DNA of 64,000 nucleotides from a virus (lineage: Duplodnaviria > Caudoviricetes). Made by a program: the position numbers and the translations under genes. The stretch covers positions 1 through 64,000 of IMG/VR virus record IMGVR_UViG_3300038524_000024; one strand, given 5' to 3'. Positions 38,218-48,276 of this stretch are shown here, one piece after another. The notes under the pieces are model-generated. The model made no database searches. It was not told the DNA's origin and saw only the letters and a program-made list of their open reading frames with translations. Position 1 is the stretch's first letter, and each line of letters opens with the position of its first letter.

Positions 38218-38740
38218 TATAATACTTGTTGATGTCGATGATGTGATAGCCAACCTTGTTGATGGTTGGCTATCAAAATATAATTATTTATCTGGTGACA
38301 ACTTGAAGTCCACAGATATAACCGAATGGGATATATCAAAATTTGTGAAACCAGATTGGAAAGTTTGGATATATGAACTATTAGAAAACCCAAAGTTATA
38401 TGATAGTATAAAGCCGATTGATGGAGCTCTAGATGGAATCAACAGGCTCGTAGCAAAAGGCTATCGTATCGTATATGTAACTTCTCCAGTTATAGAAACC
38501 GCAGGGACAAAATTTCGTTGGCTAACAGAACATAGGTTTCCGATACGGCTAGAAAATTATGTTGAAGCAAGAGACAAGTCATTAATTTTTGGGCATTTTA
38601 TGATAGACGACGGAATACATAATATTCAAACAACACTTGCAGGAGATGCACTGTTGTTTTCTAAACCTTGGAATGAAGGTTATGATAATTATACAAGAGT
38701 CAACAACTGGCAAGATATTACAGAGTGGTTTGGAGTATAA
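38207..38740 (+). CDS. 5'(3')-deoxyribonucleotidase (HAD family)
   Basis: DVDDV, VTSP, K..WL, MIDDG, PWN; GTG start likely. Confidence 0.9.
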   Translation: MRNNIILVDVDDVIANLVDGWLSKYNYLSGDNLKSTDITEWDISKFVKPDWKVWIYELLENPKLYDSIKPIDGALDGINRLVAKGYRIVYVTSPVIETAGTKFRWLTEHRFPIRLENYVEARDKSLIFGHFMIDDGIHNIQTTLAGDALLFSKPWNEGYDNYTRVNNWQDITEWFGV

Positions 38741-39267
38741 TGAAAGTAATCACAATAAGCGGATATGCAAAAGCAGGTAAGGACTTATCAGCGACTATAT
38801 TGAAAGAAAAGTTAGAATTTGCTGGAAAAAAAGTATTGATTGTTCATTATGCAGATTATTTAAAATTCATTGCTCAACAATATTTTGGTTGGGATGGAAA
38901 AAAAGATGAGAAAGGTCGCTCATTATTACAATGGCTTGGAACAGATAAGGTTAGAAAAACTATGCCAGATTTTTGGGTGGACATCGTAGTGCAACTTATT
39001 CGTGTGTTTAGTAATGATTTTGATTATTTTATTGTCCCAGATACCCGTTTTGACAACGAGGTTACATCTATGAAAGAAAATTTTGATACATTGTCAGTCC
39101 ATGTTACTAGATTGAATTTTGATAACGGGCTTACACAAGTACAAAAAAATCACCCATCAGAAATTGCTCTCGACGGGTGGAAATTTGATTGGTATATTAC
39201 TTCTGAAACAGGTAAGGATAACCTATCATATGAAATAAAGAAATTAATTGAATGGTATGAACTATAA
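38740..39267 (+). CDS. Deoxynucleoside monophosphate kinase
   Basis: SGYAKAGKD, RSLLQWLGT, DTRFDNE, HPSE. Confidence 0.9.
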   Translation: MKVITISGYAKAGKDLSATILKEKLEFAGKKVLIVHYADYLKFIAQQYFGWDGKKDEKGRSLLQWLGTDKVRKTMPDFWVDIVVQLIRVFSNDFDYFIVPDTRFDNEVTSMKENFDTLSVHVTRLNFDNGLTQVQKNHPSEIALDGWKFDWYITSETGKDNLSYEIKKLIEWYEL

Positions 39268-39290
39268 ATCAACAACGAATTGAGGTAAAA

Positions 39291-42200
39291 TTGGCACTAT
39301 ACGAGCTACAACAGCAAGACATTAGACCATTTAGGTTATCGGAAGAATTTTTAGACCCATATAAAACACGTAAACCAGATTTTGGTTTCAATGGTTTGGG
39401 CGAACTTACCTATAGACGAACTTATTCTCGCATCATGCCAGATGGCAAAAAAGAAGAATGGTGGCAAACCATTAGGCGTGTAATTGAGGGTGTTTATACC
39501 ATGCAAAAGAAATGGATTGTTACTAATAATCTTGGTTGGGATAATATCAAAGCTCAAAAATCAGCAAAAGAAATGTATGAGCGAATGTTCGTAATGAAAT
39601 TTCTTCCTGCGGGTAGAGGTTTATGGGCGTGGGGAAGCCCTATTACAGAAGAAAAAGGTCTATATTTAGCACTAAATTCATGTGCTATGGTAACAACAGA
39701 AACAATAAAAGAAAAATTAGCGGAACCATTCTGTTTTCTTATGGACGCTTCAATGCTAGGGGTTGGCGTTGGCTTCGACACTAAAGGGGCTGACAAGATT
39801 ATTATCAACGAACCATCTATTGAGACTGACACTTACCAAATCTCTGATGACCGTGAAGGATGGGTTATTAGTGTTGAAAAGCTTATCAATTCTTATTTTT
39901 TGCCTAATCAAAAAACAATTCAATTTGACTACTCTCTTATTAGACCAGCAGGTGAGTTGATAAAAGGTTTTGGTGGAGTTGCCAGTGGTTCTGAAGCTTT
40001 GGCTCGTTTACATAACGATATGCGTATGCTATTGAATAAAAGAATTGGTCAAAGAATTACGTCGCGCGATATAGTTGATATTATGAACATGATTGGTAAA
40101 TGTGTTATTGCCGGAAATGTTCGACGTACAGCTGAGATAGCATTTGGTGAAGTAGATGACGACGAATTTTTAAATCTAAAAAATTATGAATTGAATCCTG
40201 AACGTATGGATTATGGTTGGACTTCTAATAATTCTATTTTTGCTCAAGTTGGTATGGATTATAATAATATTGCCGATAGAATTAAAGACAATGGTGAACC
40301 AGGATTAGAATGGTTAGAAAATGCTAGAGCATATTCAAGAATGGGAGATGCGCCGGACTATAAAGATAGGAAGGTTGTTGGTGCAAACCCATCATTGAGA
40401 ATTGGTACAAAAATCATTACTGACAATGGAATTTTCCCTATCGAAAAACTCGAAGGGCAAAAGTTTAAAGTAATTAATCTCGATGGGCAATGGTCTAACG
40501 CAGAATGCTTTTTATCTGGGGAAAACAAACCTTTATATAGGGTTATACTATCCGGCAATGTAGAATATTTTGCAACAGATGAACATAAGTGGGCTATAAC
40601 CACTGGTAAACATAATGAACCTTTTAGTAAAAAGAAAACGTCTGAACTAGTAAAGGGTGATAAACTACCAATCAATACTGTTTCTAAAGAGCATTTTGGC
40701 AATTTAGGAACTTATTCAGATGGGTTTTTATGTGGATGGATTTATGGTGACGGATGGATTACAAAGCGTGGAGACAGTGGACAAACACAAATTGGCATGG
40801 TTATTTCTAAAAAAGACGGAATATACGGCGGTATAAAACCCATTATCGAAGAGAAATTAAAAGAAATTGGCATACATACATCATTGCCGTTCAGAGAAAG
40901 AAAAGGAATTCAAGGATGGTATGAATTTAGCACTCAAAATAAAACATTAGAGGGCTTTTTATCTAACTTTGGATGCAGTAATAAAAGAAACGGTCTGCCA
41001 AGTGAAATATGGAATGGTGTTACCAAAGAATTTACATATGGATTTCTAGATGGGCTATTATCGTCAGATGGAAATGTCGAAAAGGGTAAAAGAGTCTCGC
41101 TTAGCAGTGCGCACGAAAATTTAGCAAAAGATGTTCTTGATTTACTTGGTTGCTTGGGCATACCTGCAAATATGCATAAAAGAACGACTAGGTTAAAAGG
41201 TTATGATAAAAGTTATATAAGTTATGTTATTCGTTTTCAAGGTCATTATCTTGATAATAAGTTTAGTTTAAGTAATAAATTTAAACAAGACAGGTTGAAC
41301 GAAATGTCGGAAGGGATAATTCATAAAAGTCCTTTGAGACATGTCGTATCTGTTACTAAAACACACCTTAGTGAAAACGTTTGGGATATTACAGTATATG
41401 ACGATACACATTGCTTCTCTCTACCAAATGTCATTACTGGAAATTGTAATGAGCAAAGTTTGGAATCAATGGAGACGTGTTTACTTGTAGAATCGTTCCC
41501 AAATAGAAATGAAAACCTAGAAGATTATAAACGAACATTAAAATTCGCATATCTATACGCAAAAACAGTTACTCTTGCCAAAACTCATTGGGCAGAAACT
41601 AATCGTGTCATGCTGCGTAATCGCAGAATAGGTTTGTCTATGTCTGGAATCGCACAATTTATTACGGACAGAGGACTCAATGAATTAAAACAGTGGTGCG
41701 AAGAGGGATATAAGACGATTAGATATTATGACAATGTATATTCCGATTGGCTTGCTATTCCCAAAAGCATAAAAGTAACTTCTGTAAAACCATCTGGAAG
41801 TGTTAGTCTACTTGCCGGTGCAACTGCTGGTATACACTATCCAGAAAGTAATTTTTATATTCGTAGAATTAGATTGTCCAAATTCTCAGACCTTATTGAG
41901 CCTTTACAAAACGCAGGATATAAGGTTGAGTTGGCTGTTGGGCAAGAGGATAGTACGGTGGTAGTTGAATTTCCAGTATCGCTAGGCAAGAAGATGAGAA
42001 CCATCAAAGATTTGTCCATGTGGGAACAATTATCTCTCGGTGCTTTTATGCAAAGATATTGGTCTGATAATCAAGTATCACAGACCGTTACATTCAATCC
42101 AGAACTAGAAGGCAAAGATATTGCACATGCCTTAGAATACTTCCAATATCAATTAAAGGGGGTTAGCTTTCTTCCAACTTTGGAATATGGTGCTTATCCA

Positions 42201-42335
42201 CAAATGCCATATGAAGCTATTACCGAAGACGAATATAATGATATGATGAGTAAAATCACTGTAGCCGATTTTTCAAGTAATGTAGAAGATGCTATTGATG
42301 AAAAGTTTTGTAATAATGATGTTTGTACTATATAA
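39291..42335 (+). CDS. nrdJ: Class II (B12-dependent) ribonucleotide reductase with intein
   Basis: RTYSR, PAGRGLW, GNVRR, NP|CNEQ, VKPSGSVS, C-terminal CNNDVC. Confidence 0.95.
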   Translation: MALYELQQQDIRPFRLSEEFLDPYKTRKPDFGFNGLGELTYRRTYSRIMPDGKKEEWWQTIRRVIEGVYTMQKKWIVTNNLGWDNIKAQKSAKEMYERMFVMKFLPAGRGLWAWGSPITEEKGLYLALNSCAMVTTETIKEKLAEPFCFLMDASMLGVGVGFDTKGADKIIINEPSIETDTYQISDDREGWVISVEKLINSYFLPNQKTIQFDYSLIRPAGELIKGFGGVASGSEALARLHNDMRMLLNKRIGQRITSRDIVDIMNMIGKCVIAGNVRRTAEIAFGEVDDDEFLNLKNYELNPERMDYGWTSNNSIFAQVGMDYNNIADRIKDNGEPGLEWLENARAYSRMGDAPDYKDRKVVGANPSLRIGTKIITDNGIFPIEKLEGQKFKVINLDGQWSNAECFLSGENKPLYRVILSGNVEYFATDEHKWAITTGKHNEPFSKKKTSELVKGDKLPINTVSKEHFGNLGTYSDGFLCGWIYGDGWITKRGDSGQTQIGMVISKKDGIYGGIKPIIEEKLKEIGIHTSLPFRERKGIQGWYEFSTQNKTLEGFLSNFGCSNKRNGLPSEIWNGVTKEFTYGFLDGLLSSDGNVEKGKRVSLSSAHENLAKDVLDLLGCLGIPANMHKRTTRLKGYDKSYISYVIRFQGHYLDNKFSLSNKFKQDRLNEMSEGIIHKSPLRHVVSVTKTHLSENVWDITVYDDTHCFSLPNVITGNCNEQSLESMETCLLVESFPNRNENLEDYKRTLKFAYLYAKTVTLAKTHWAETNRVMLRNRRIGLSMSGIAQFITDRGLNELKQWCEEGYKTIRYYDNVYSDWLAIPKSIKVTSVKPSGSVSLLAGATAGIHYPESNFYIRRIRLSKFSDLIEPLQNAGYKVELAVGQEDSTVVVEFPVSLGKKMRTIKDLSMWEQLSLGAFMQRYWSDNQVSQTVTFNPELEGKDIAHALEYFQYQLKGVSFLPTLEYGAYPQMPYEAITEDEYNDMMSKITVADFSSNVEDAIDEKFCNNDVCTI
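40392..41444 (+). mobile_element. Ser-initiated LAGLIDADG intein at the RNR catalytic Cys
   Basis: ANP|SLRIGT...TDEHKW...GWIYGDG...GLLSSDG...VWDITV..ITGN|C. Confidence 0.9.
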
Positions 42336-42341
42336 ACCGTT

Positions 42342-43391
42342 GTGGATAATGTTATGAAATTTGGAAGTTTATTTACTGGAATTGGCGGTTTTGATTTAGG
42401 GCTTTCAAATTCTGGAATGGAATGTGTTTGGCAGGTTGAGAACGATATAACCTGCCAGCACATACTAAGAAAACATTTTAATGGCGTTAAATTATATGAT
42501 AGTGTAAAAAAAGTAGGCAAAGACAACTTGGAAAAAATTGACCTTATCTGCGGTGGGTTTCCTTGCCAAGAGATATCTAAAGCCGGAAATCGTAAAGGAT
42601 TAAATGGAAGACGTAGTGGTTTGTGGTTTGAATATAAAAGAATTATTAGCGAATTACTTCCCAGATGGGTTATTATCGAAAACGTTCCGGGTTTGCTCAC
42701 ATCTGGAAATGGAGAAGACTTCAAAGAAGTTATCGGGTCGATTGATGAATTCGGGTATGGTGTTTCGTGGAGAATCTTGGATAGCAAATATTTCGGAGTC
42801 CCACAACGGCGCCGTAGACTCTTTATTGTCGGAAGTCTTGGAAACAACAGTTCATCCAAAGTACTTTTTGAGCGAAAGAGCCTGTCGGGGGATATTGAGG
42901 AGACTAATAACAAAAAAATCAAAAATCAAGAACCAAGAAGCAATTCTAATGGCTCTAAATCTTCGTATAACCCCACCATCTGGTGGAATGGAAGTCAAAT
43001 AAGCCAGACATTAGATAGGACACTATATAAAAGACAGGCAATGCCAGAAAAAGGAAGATTTCCTGCTGTTTTAACACCCATTTGGAGCAAATGCGAACTA
43101 TGTGAGAACTATTGGTGTAATATTCATGGAATGCATGTTGCTGATTGTGATTGCCCACCGGTAGAAGATTTTACAGAATGCTCTACGTATCCATACGATG
43201 CTTCATTATTACGCTATCTAACCCCATTAGAATGTGAAAGGCTACAAGGATTTCCAGACAATTGGACTGTTTGTAATATAGATGATATAGAAATATCTGA
43301 TATGCAAAGATATAAAAAAATTGGCAATGCGGTTACTGTGAATGTAGCAGAATGGATTGGAAAGCGAATTATGGAAGTAGATAAACTTTAG
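42342..43391 (+). CDS. dcm: Second C5 cytosine DNA methyltransferase with Cys-rich insert
   Basis: FTGIGG, GFPCQ, ENVPG, QRRRR, LTPLECERLQGFPD, GNAV; start probably MKFGS. Confidence 0.95.
   Translation: MDNVMKFGSLFTGIGGFDLGLSNSGMECVWQVENDITCQHILRKHFNGVKLYDSVKKVGKDNLEKIDLICGGFPCQEISKAGNRKGLNGRRSGLWFEYKRIISELLPRWVIIENVPGLLTSGNGEDFKEVIGSIDEFGYGVSWRILDSKYFGVPQRRRRLFIVGSLGNNSSSKVLFERKSLSGDIEETNNKKIKNQEPRSNSNGSKSSYNPTIWWNGSQISQTLDRTLYKRQAMPEKGRFPAVLTPIWSKCELCENYWCNIHGMHVADCDCPPVEDFTECSTYPYDASLLRYLTPLECERLQGFPDNWTVCNIDDIEISDMQRYKKIGNAVTVNVAEWIGKRIMEVDKL
42604..43002 (+). CDS. Overprinted alternative-frame ORF inside second dcm
   Basis: ATG start; SEVLETTVHPKYFLSERACRGILRR. Confidence 0.55.
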   Translation: MEDVVVCGLNIKELLANYFPDGLLSKTFRVCSHLEMEKTSKKLSGRLMNSGMVFRGESWIANISESHNGAVDSLLSEVLETTVHPKYFLSERACRGILRRLITKKSKIKNQEAILMALNLRITPPSGGMEVK

Positions 43392-43401
43392 GAGATTCAA
43401 T

Positions 43402-45081
43402 ATGAAAATAGATGTTCTTGATAAAGGATTTGTTGAATTACTTGAAAGTATGGGAAATGATAGTACCATTGCGGAATCTGCTAGAATTTCTCATTTAGGT
43501 AAATATAAATCTGATGAAGCAGATGCAAAACTTATTCGTAATCTAATTACTAGTGGACACACTTCACCACTAGAACAGGTTGAATTTCGATTTCTTGTAA
43601 AAGCACCCATATATGTCGCAAGACAATGGATGAGACATCGTACATGGTGTTTAAGCGGGGATACAGAAATAACATTCAACAGACCAGATAGGTGGAATCG
43701 AGGAATGCATACAAAGCAATCTCCATTTTTTGAAGACGGATTTACAATAAAAGAATTGTATAGGAAATGGAAGAAGTCTGAGCATTCAAAAAATATTATT
43801 TCATCTATGCTGCTACGTGTTTATGATGAAAAAGAAAAAAAATTCACTATTTCTAATATAAAAAATATTCTATATAGTGGTAAAAAAGAAGTATATAAAG
43901 TATCAACCCAATCTGGAAAAAATATTAAATGTTCAAAAGACCATCTGTTTTTAACTGGGGAAGGGTGGATGACACTAGAAAAAGCTCTCGGATTAGGGTT
44001 GACTAATAGCAATTTAGCGTATATGACTGATAATAGCGCTTTTTTTCTAACTAATGGAGAGCAATTATATCAAAACAAAGAGTGGCTATCAAACCAAAAA
44101 ACTTTAGGAAAATCTGTACAGGATATGGCAGATGAAGCTGGATGTGGATATTATACAATAAGAAAATATTTAAAGCGATATAACTTACAGTTTGACCCTC
44201 TCCAAAATTTAGCAGGGGTCAACGGGAAACCAGTTTGGAACAAGGGTGTTTATGGATATAAATTAAATACTATTTTTTCAGAAGAAGCTAAAGAGAATAT
44301 AAGAAAAGCTAGGGCGGGAGAAAAATCTAACTTTTGGAAAGGAGGAGTTACCTCTGATAGAGCACGCATAGCAGGGTGGGCCAACAGTGTTGCAAAAAGT
44401 GTGCATGCCAAGAATAATTATACATGCCAGCGTTGTAATAAGGTTGGAGGAAAGTTGCATGCCCATCATATTATGCCAGTAGTGGATTATCCAGAAAAAG
44501 CATATGATATAAAAAATTTAACAACGCTATGTGAAAATTGCCACAAAGAGATTCATAATAATAAAGAAAACAATAGAAGCAAAAACGGAACTCCTTTACT
44601 GGCTAAATTAGAACAGATAGTTTCTATTGAGTATATTGGTATTGAAGATACATATGATATAGAAGTCGAAGGAGAACATCACAACTTTGTAGCAAACGGG
44701 TTTGTTGTTCATAACTCATACTCCGAGGTTTCCCGTAGATACACATCAAAAGATATGGATTTTTATGTACCACAATTTGACAGTGAGGATGCAAAACACG
44801 CCTATGAACAATCTGTTTTCATATCGCTCAACGCATACAATAAGCTTATAGAAGAGTCGGTCAGAAAAGAACAGGCAAGAGGTGTTCTACCAACTTGTTT
44901 GTACACAACATTCTATGCTAAAACGGACTTGCACAATCTCTTTCATTTTCTAGAGTTAAGACTAGGCAAAGGTGCTCAATATGAAATAGTAGAATATGCT
45001 AATGCAATTTGTAAATTGATTGAGCCAATAGCACCAATAACAATGCAGATTTGGCTAGAAAAATATAATGTGGTAAAATAA
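43402..45081 (+). CDS. thyX: Flavin-dependent thymidylate synthase with intein
   Basis: GHTSPLE, ARQWMRHRTW|SYSEVSRRY, ARGVLP, LRL..AQYEI. Confidence 0.95.
   Translation: MKIDVLDKGFVELLESMGNDSTIAESARISHLGKYKSDEADAKLIRNLITSGHTSPLEQVEFRFLVKAPIYVARQWMRHRTWCLSGDTEITFNRPDRWNRGMHTKQSPFFEDGFTIKELYRKWKKSEHSKNIISSMLLRVYDEKEKKFTISNIKNILYSGKKEVYKVSTQSGKNIKCSKDHLFLTGEGWMTLEKALGLGLTNSNLAYMTDNSAFFLTNGEQLYQNKEWLSNQKTLGKSVQDMADEAGCGYYTIRKYLKRYNLQFDPLQNLAGVNGKPVWNKGVYGYKLNTIFSEEAKENIRKARAGEKSNFWKGGVTSDRARIAGWANSVAKSVHAKNNYTCQRCNKVGGKLHAHHIMPVVDYPEKAYDIKNLTTLCENCHKEIHNNKENNRSKNGTPLLAKLEQIVSIEYIGIEDTYDIEVEGEHHNFVANGFVVHNSYSEVSRRYTSKDMDFYVPQFDSEDAKHAYEQSVFISLNAYNKLIEESVRKEQARGVLPTCLYTTFYAKTDLHNLFHFLELRLGKGAQYEIVEYANAICKLIEPIAPITMQIWLEKYNVVK
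43648..44715 (+). mobile_element. Intein with HNH endonuclease in thyX
   Basis: W|CLSGDT...SKDH...HAHH..NLTTLCENCH...TYDIEV..VVHN|S. Confidence 0.92.
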
Positions 45082-45082
45082 A

Positions 45083-45952
45083 ATGTCTATCTTAATCTCT
45101 AATGAAAACGAATTGACTCCAGTAGATAAAATAGATGATTTTTTATTTGTTAAAAGAGATGATTTATTTTCTCCTTCTGATGCATCCGGTATCAATGGAG
45201 GAAAATTGAGACAATGTATTTTTTTATTCAAGTCAATTGAGCATAAATACAATGGAGTTATAACAGGTTGTGGAATATATTCACCCCAATCGTCTATTGT
45301 ATCTTATGTTGCAAATAAGCAAGAAATTCCTTCTTATGTTTGTGTGGGTGGAACTACGGAAAATAATATAAACCAAAACAAATATTTATCTTTATCTAAA
45401 AAATATGGTGGTCAAATAATTAATTTAAAAAGTGGAAGACACACCGTGCTATATAAATACGCAAGAGAAAGAGCATTAAAAGATAATTTGTTTTTAGTAA
45501 ATTATGGTATCAACCTAGACGATAACATGCAATCCCTTATTTTTTCTACTGCTAATCAAGTAGAAAATATACCGGACTATTTAGACAATTTATTTATTAC
45601 TTGTGGTAGCGGAATCACGTCCATTGGAATATTAGTTGGAATAAAAAAGTTTGGCAAAAAGATAAGAAATATTACATTGATAGGAAACGCACCAAATAGA
45701 ACTTTAAAAATAAAAAAAACATTAGCACTAATAGAAAATTATGATAATCAATACAAAGGTGTTTTAGACATTGATTTTAATTTTATAGACAGATATTCAG
45801 ATATAAATTTCAAATATGAAAGAAAAGAAACTGGATTTCTAAATGATATATTGCTGCACCCAAACTATGAAGCAAAAGCTTGGAATTATATAGTTCAAGA
45901 AAAACTACTATCTGGAAAAAATTTATTTTGGATAGTGGGTGCTTCTTTATAA
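45083..45952 (+). CDS. PLP-dependent fold-type II enzyme (ACC deaminase/D-Cys desulfhydrase-like)
   Basis: LTPV, VKRDDL, GGKLRQ, SPQ, TCGSGIT, YEAKA, FWIVG. Confidence 0.85.
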   Translation: MSILISNENELTPVDKIDDFLFVKRDDLFSPSDASGINGGKLRQCIFLFKSIEHKYNGVITGCGIYSPQSSIVSYVANKQEIPSYVCVGGTTENNINQNKYLSLSKKYGGQIINLKSGRHTVLYKYARERALKDNLFLVNYGINLDDNMQSLIFSTANQVENIPDYLDNLFITCGSGITSIGILVGIKKFGKKIRNITLIGNAPNRTLKIKKTLALIENYDNQYKGVLDIDFNFIDRYSDINFKYERKETGFLNDILLHPNYEAKAWNYIVQEKLLSGKNLFWIVGASL

Positions 45953-45963
45953 GAAAGGAAATT

Positions 45964-47043
45964 ATGACATACAAATATCCAATTCAACTAACTCAACAGT
46001 TTCGTTTTTGTGGAAATGCTTTTAGAATAGACCTATATCGGGGCTGTGATTTTGGTTGTAATTATTGTTTTGCTAACAATCGTGGGGGAGGCATTAAAAG
46101 AGGTTACGATAGCGCAGAGTTTGAACAAATTGAAAATTTATTTACAAAAGCTTTTGAATCTGATAAGGAATATAAAGATGTAACAGTTGAACTTATAAAG
46201 AGAAAAGTTCCCTTGCATTTGGGTGGCATGTCAGACCCTTTTCAAGAAAGAGAATTTGAACAAGAGTTGTCTTATAAATTGTTGGAATTGACTAAAAAAT
46301 ATAATTATCCAATGATTATATCTACAAAGCAAGCTTTTTTACCTGAAAAATATTGGCAAGTTATGGATAATAAAATTCATGCTTTTCAAATTAGTTTAAT
46401 GGGATATGATGATAGTTTCCTTACTCAATACGAGGGAAATACCCCAAGCGTAACAGAAAGAATTGCATTTATGCAAAAATTACATGACAATGGTTTTTGG
46501 GTATCTCTACGTTTGCAACCACTAATTGATTTAGAACAAGCAAAGAAAGTTATTGTGGCTGTTGAAGATATTGTCAACTATATTACTATAGAACATTTGA
46601 AAATTCCTAATGATAATGTGGAAATTAAAAATTTATTTGCGCCACTCATAAAAAAGGAGGATTATTATTATCCTAGTTCTATGCGTAACATGGAACTTAA
46701 AAAAGAAATAAAAGAATATAATTTTAATGAAATTAAAAAAATTACTAAAATTAAATTAGGTGCTGGTGATAATGATTTACATTATTTGTCAGATAGCCGA
46801 AATTGCTGTGGTATTGATACGATTGGAAAAGAATTTGATAACTGGTTAAAATATAATTATACATATTTTGTGACAGGTGATAAAAGTGAAAATTTTGACG
46901 AGCTATGGTGTCCTGTCGGAAATGTAAATAGTTTTTTAAATCCTGATACTCGCATAAAGGGATTTAATAGTTACAAACAATATACAGATGCATATACAGA
47001 AAAATTTGGTAAGAAAATGAAAAGGTTAGAAAAAAATGAATAA
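45964..47043 (+). CDS. Radical SAM protein, SplB-like
   Basis: DLYRGCDFGCNYC, GGMSDPFQ, STK, RLQP, NCCG; start MTYKY. Confidence 0.88.
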   Translation: MTYKYPIQLTQQFRFCGNAFRIDLYRGCDFGCNYCFANNRGGGIKRGYDSAEFEQIENLFTKAFESDKEYKDVTVELIKRKVPLHLGGMSDPFQEREFEQELSYKLLELTKKYNYPMIISTKQAFLPEKYWQVMDNKIHAFQISLMGYDDSFLTQYEGNTPSVTERIAFMQKLHDNGFWVSLRLQPLIDLEQAKKVIVAVEDIVNYITIEHLKIPNDNVEIKNLFAPLIKKEDYYYPSSMRNMELKKEIKEYNFNEIKKITKIKLGAGDNDLHYLSDSRNCCGIDTIGKEFDNWLKYNYTYFVTGDKSENFDELWCPVGNVNSFLNPDTRIKGFNSYKQYTDAYTEKFGKKMKRLEKNE

Positions 47044-47094
47044 ACTAGATTAAAATAAAATATAACTTTCATTTGAAACAATAAGGAGATTCTT

Positions 47095-47283
47095 GTGCGT
47101 GAAATAGACCGTATAGACCGTATCTTAAATATCATTTCAAAACTCTGGCATTTAATGCCAGATTTGAGATTGGGGCAACTTCTATATAATTTCGCTGGCT
47201 TTGGAGATAAAGAGTATTATATAGAGGACGATATCACTGAAGAGAAATTGTTAGCATCACTGCGTAAGTGGAATATTGAATGA
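47095..47283 (+). CDS. Conserved small phage protein
   Basis: RIDRIL...W...PDLRLGQLL. Confidence 0.7.
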   Translation: MREIDRIDRILNIISKLWHLMPDLRLGQLLYNFAGFGDKEYYIEDDITEEKLLASLRKWNIE

Positions 47284-47501
47284 TAATCGTAACTCATATA
47301 TATTTATGTGAAGTTTGTGGTAAAATTGTATCAGAAACGGAAGAGGGTGACCGCTATGGTGATGACCTTATAGATTATCCTAAAGGTTGGATAGATGTTT
47401 GGAAAGATGATAACCACAATGTTGGATATTGCCCAGAATGTGCAGAGAAGCATAAGGATGAATATTATTTAGATAAAAATAGTTTTTATTGGTACAAATA
47501 A
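47280..47501 (+). CDS. Zn-binding hypothetical protein
   Basis: CEVCG...CPEC. Confidence 0.55.
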   Translation: MIIVTHIYLCEVCGKIVSETEEGDRYGDDLIDYPKGWIDVWKDDNHNVGYCPECAEKHKDEYYLDKNSFYWYK

Positions 47502-47516
47502 AAGGAATCTATACAT

Positions 47517-47816
47517 ATGAGAAACGAACGTCAAGAAATATACTGTCACGAGTGTAATAATTATGTCCAATTTGTCATTGACCTTGAACTGAACGGAAAT
47601 CATGTTCTCAAATGTCCAAAATGTGGACACGAACATTGTCGAGTTGTTAGGAACGGAATTATCACCGATGACAGATGGGATAGTAGAAATGGAGCAGCGA
47701 TATATGTATCAAGATATACAATCACTTATAGCACAAATTCATATGCTACAACTTCAAGTTTTGGTACAGCCACAAACGCTTTCATCTTTGCCTCTGCCGG
47801 CACCTCGGTAGCATAA
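47517..47816 (+). CDS. Zn-ribbon hypothetical protein
   Basis: CHEC...CPKCGHEHCR. Confidence 0.65.
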   Translation: MRNERQEIYCHECNNYVQFVIDLELNGNHVLKCPKCGHEHCRVVRNGIITDDRWDSRNGAAIYVSRYTITYSTNSYATTSSFGTATNAFIFASAGTSVA

Positions 47817-47827
47817 AGGGAGATTCT

Positions 47828-48039
47828 ATGGGATGCGTAGAAAATGTAGATTACAATAAGTTTCCAAAACAAAGTAACTGGCTTAATAAAAGAACAAGGG
47901 TTTGTTTTTTTATGGAGAAAAGACTCTTAAGGGTACAATCGTTAGAGAAGATATGGAAGACCCTTTTAGAACAATAATTCGCCTTGATGATGGTAGATAT
48001 ATATTGTCTGGTGAATGTCAATATGCACCAGAAAATTAA
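47828..48039 (+). pseudogene. Small phage gene frameshifted at a T7 tract (47905-47911)
   Basis: MGCVENVDYNKFPKQ...VCF | GTIVREDMEDPFRTIIRLDDGRYILSGECQY lie in two frames. Confidence 0.6.
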
Positions 48040-48077
48040 TAAAATAAATGTTTATGACAACACTAAAGAAAGGTTTT

Positions 48078-48275
48078 ATGAAAATTAATATAGAAGATAT
48101 TCAAAAGAATCTCGACCAAAGAAAAGAGTGGAACCTTTTTCCACTTGATAAAATTGAATTCTATGAAAATGGTATAAAATTAGAGATACCCAAAGATGTG
48201 ATTATTCAATTTGAAAAAATTGGATTGAATAATGTTGATTTCATTACTAGTGGATATTATAAAAGGAAATTTTAA
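48078..48275 (+). CDS. Hypothetical protein
   Basis: ORF upstream of dut. Confidence 0.5.
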   Translation: MKINIEDIQKNLDQRKEWNLFPLDKIEFYENGIKLEIPKDVIIQFEKIGLNNVDFITSGYYKRKF

Positions 48276-48276
48276 A

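Noticed and set aside
42194-42922. 242-aa antisense ORF over nrdJ/dcm
   Set aside because: No recognisable motifs; likely an antisense shadow
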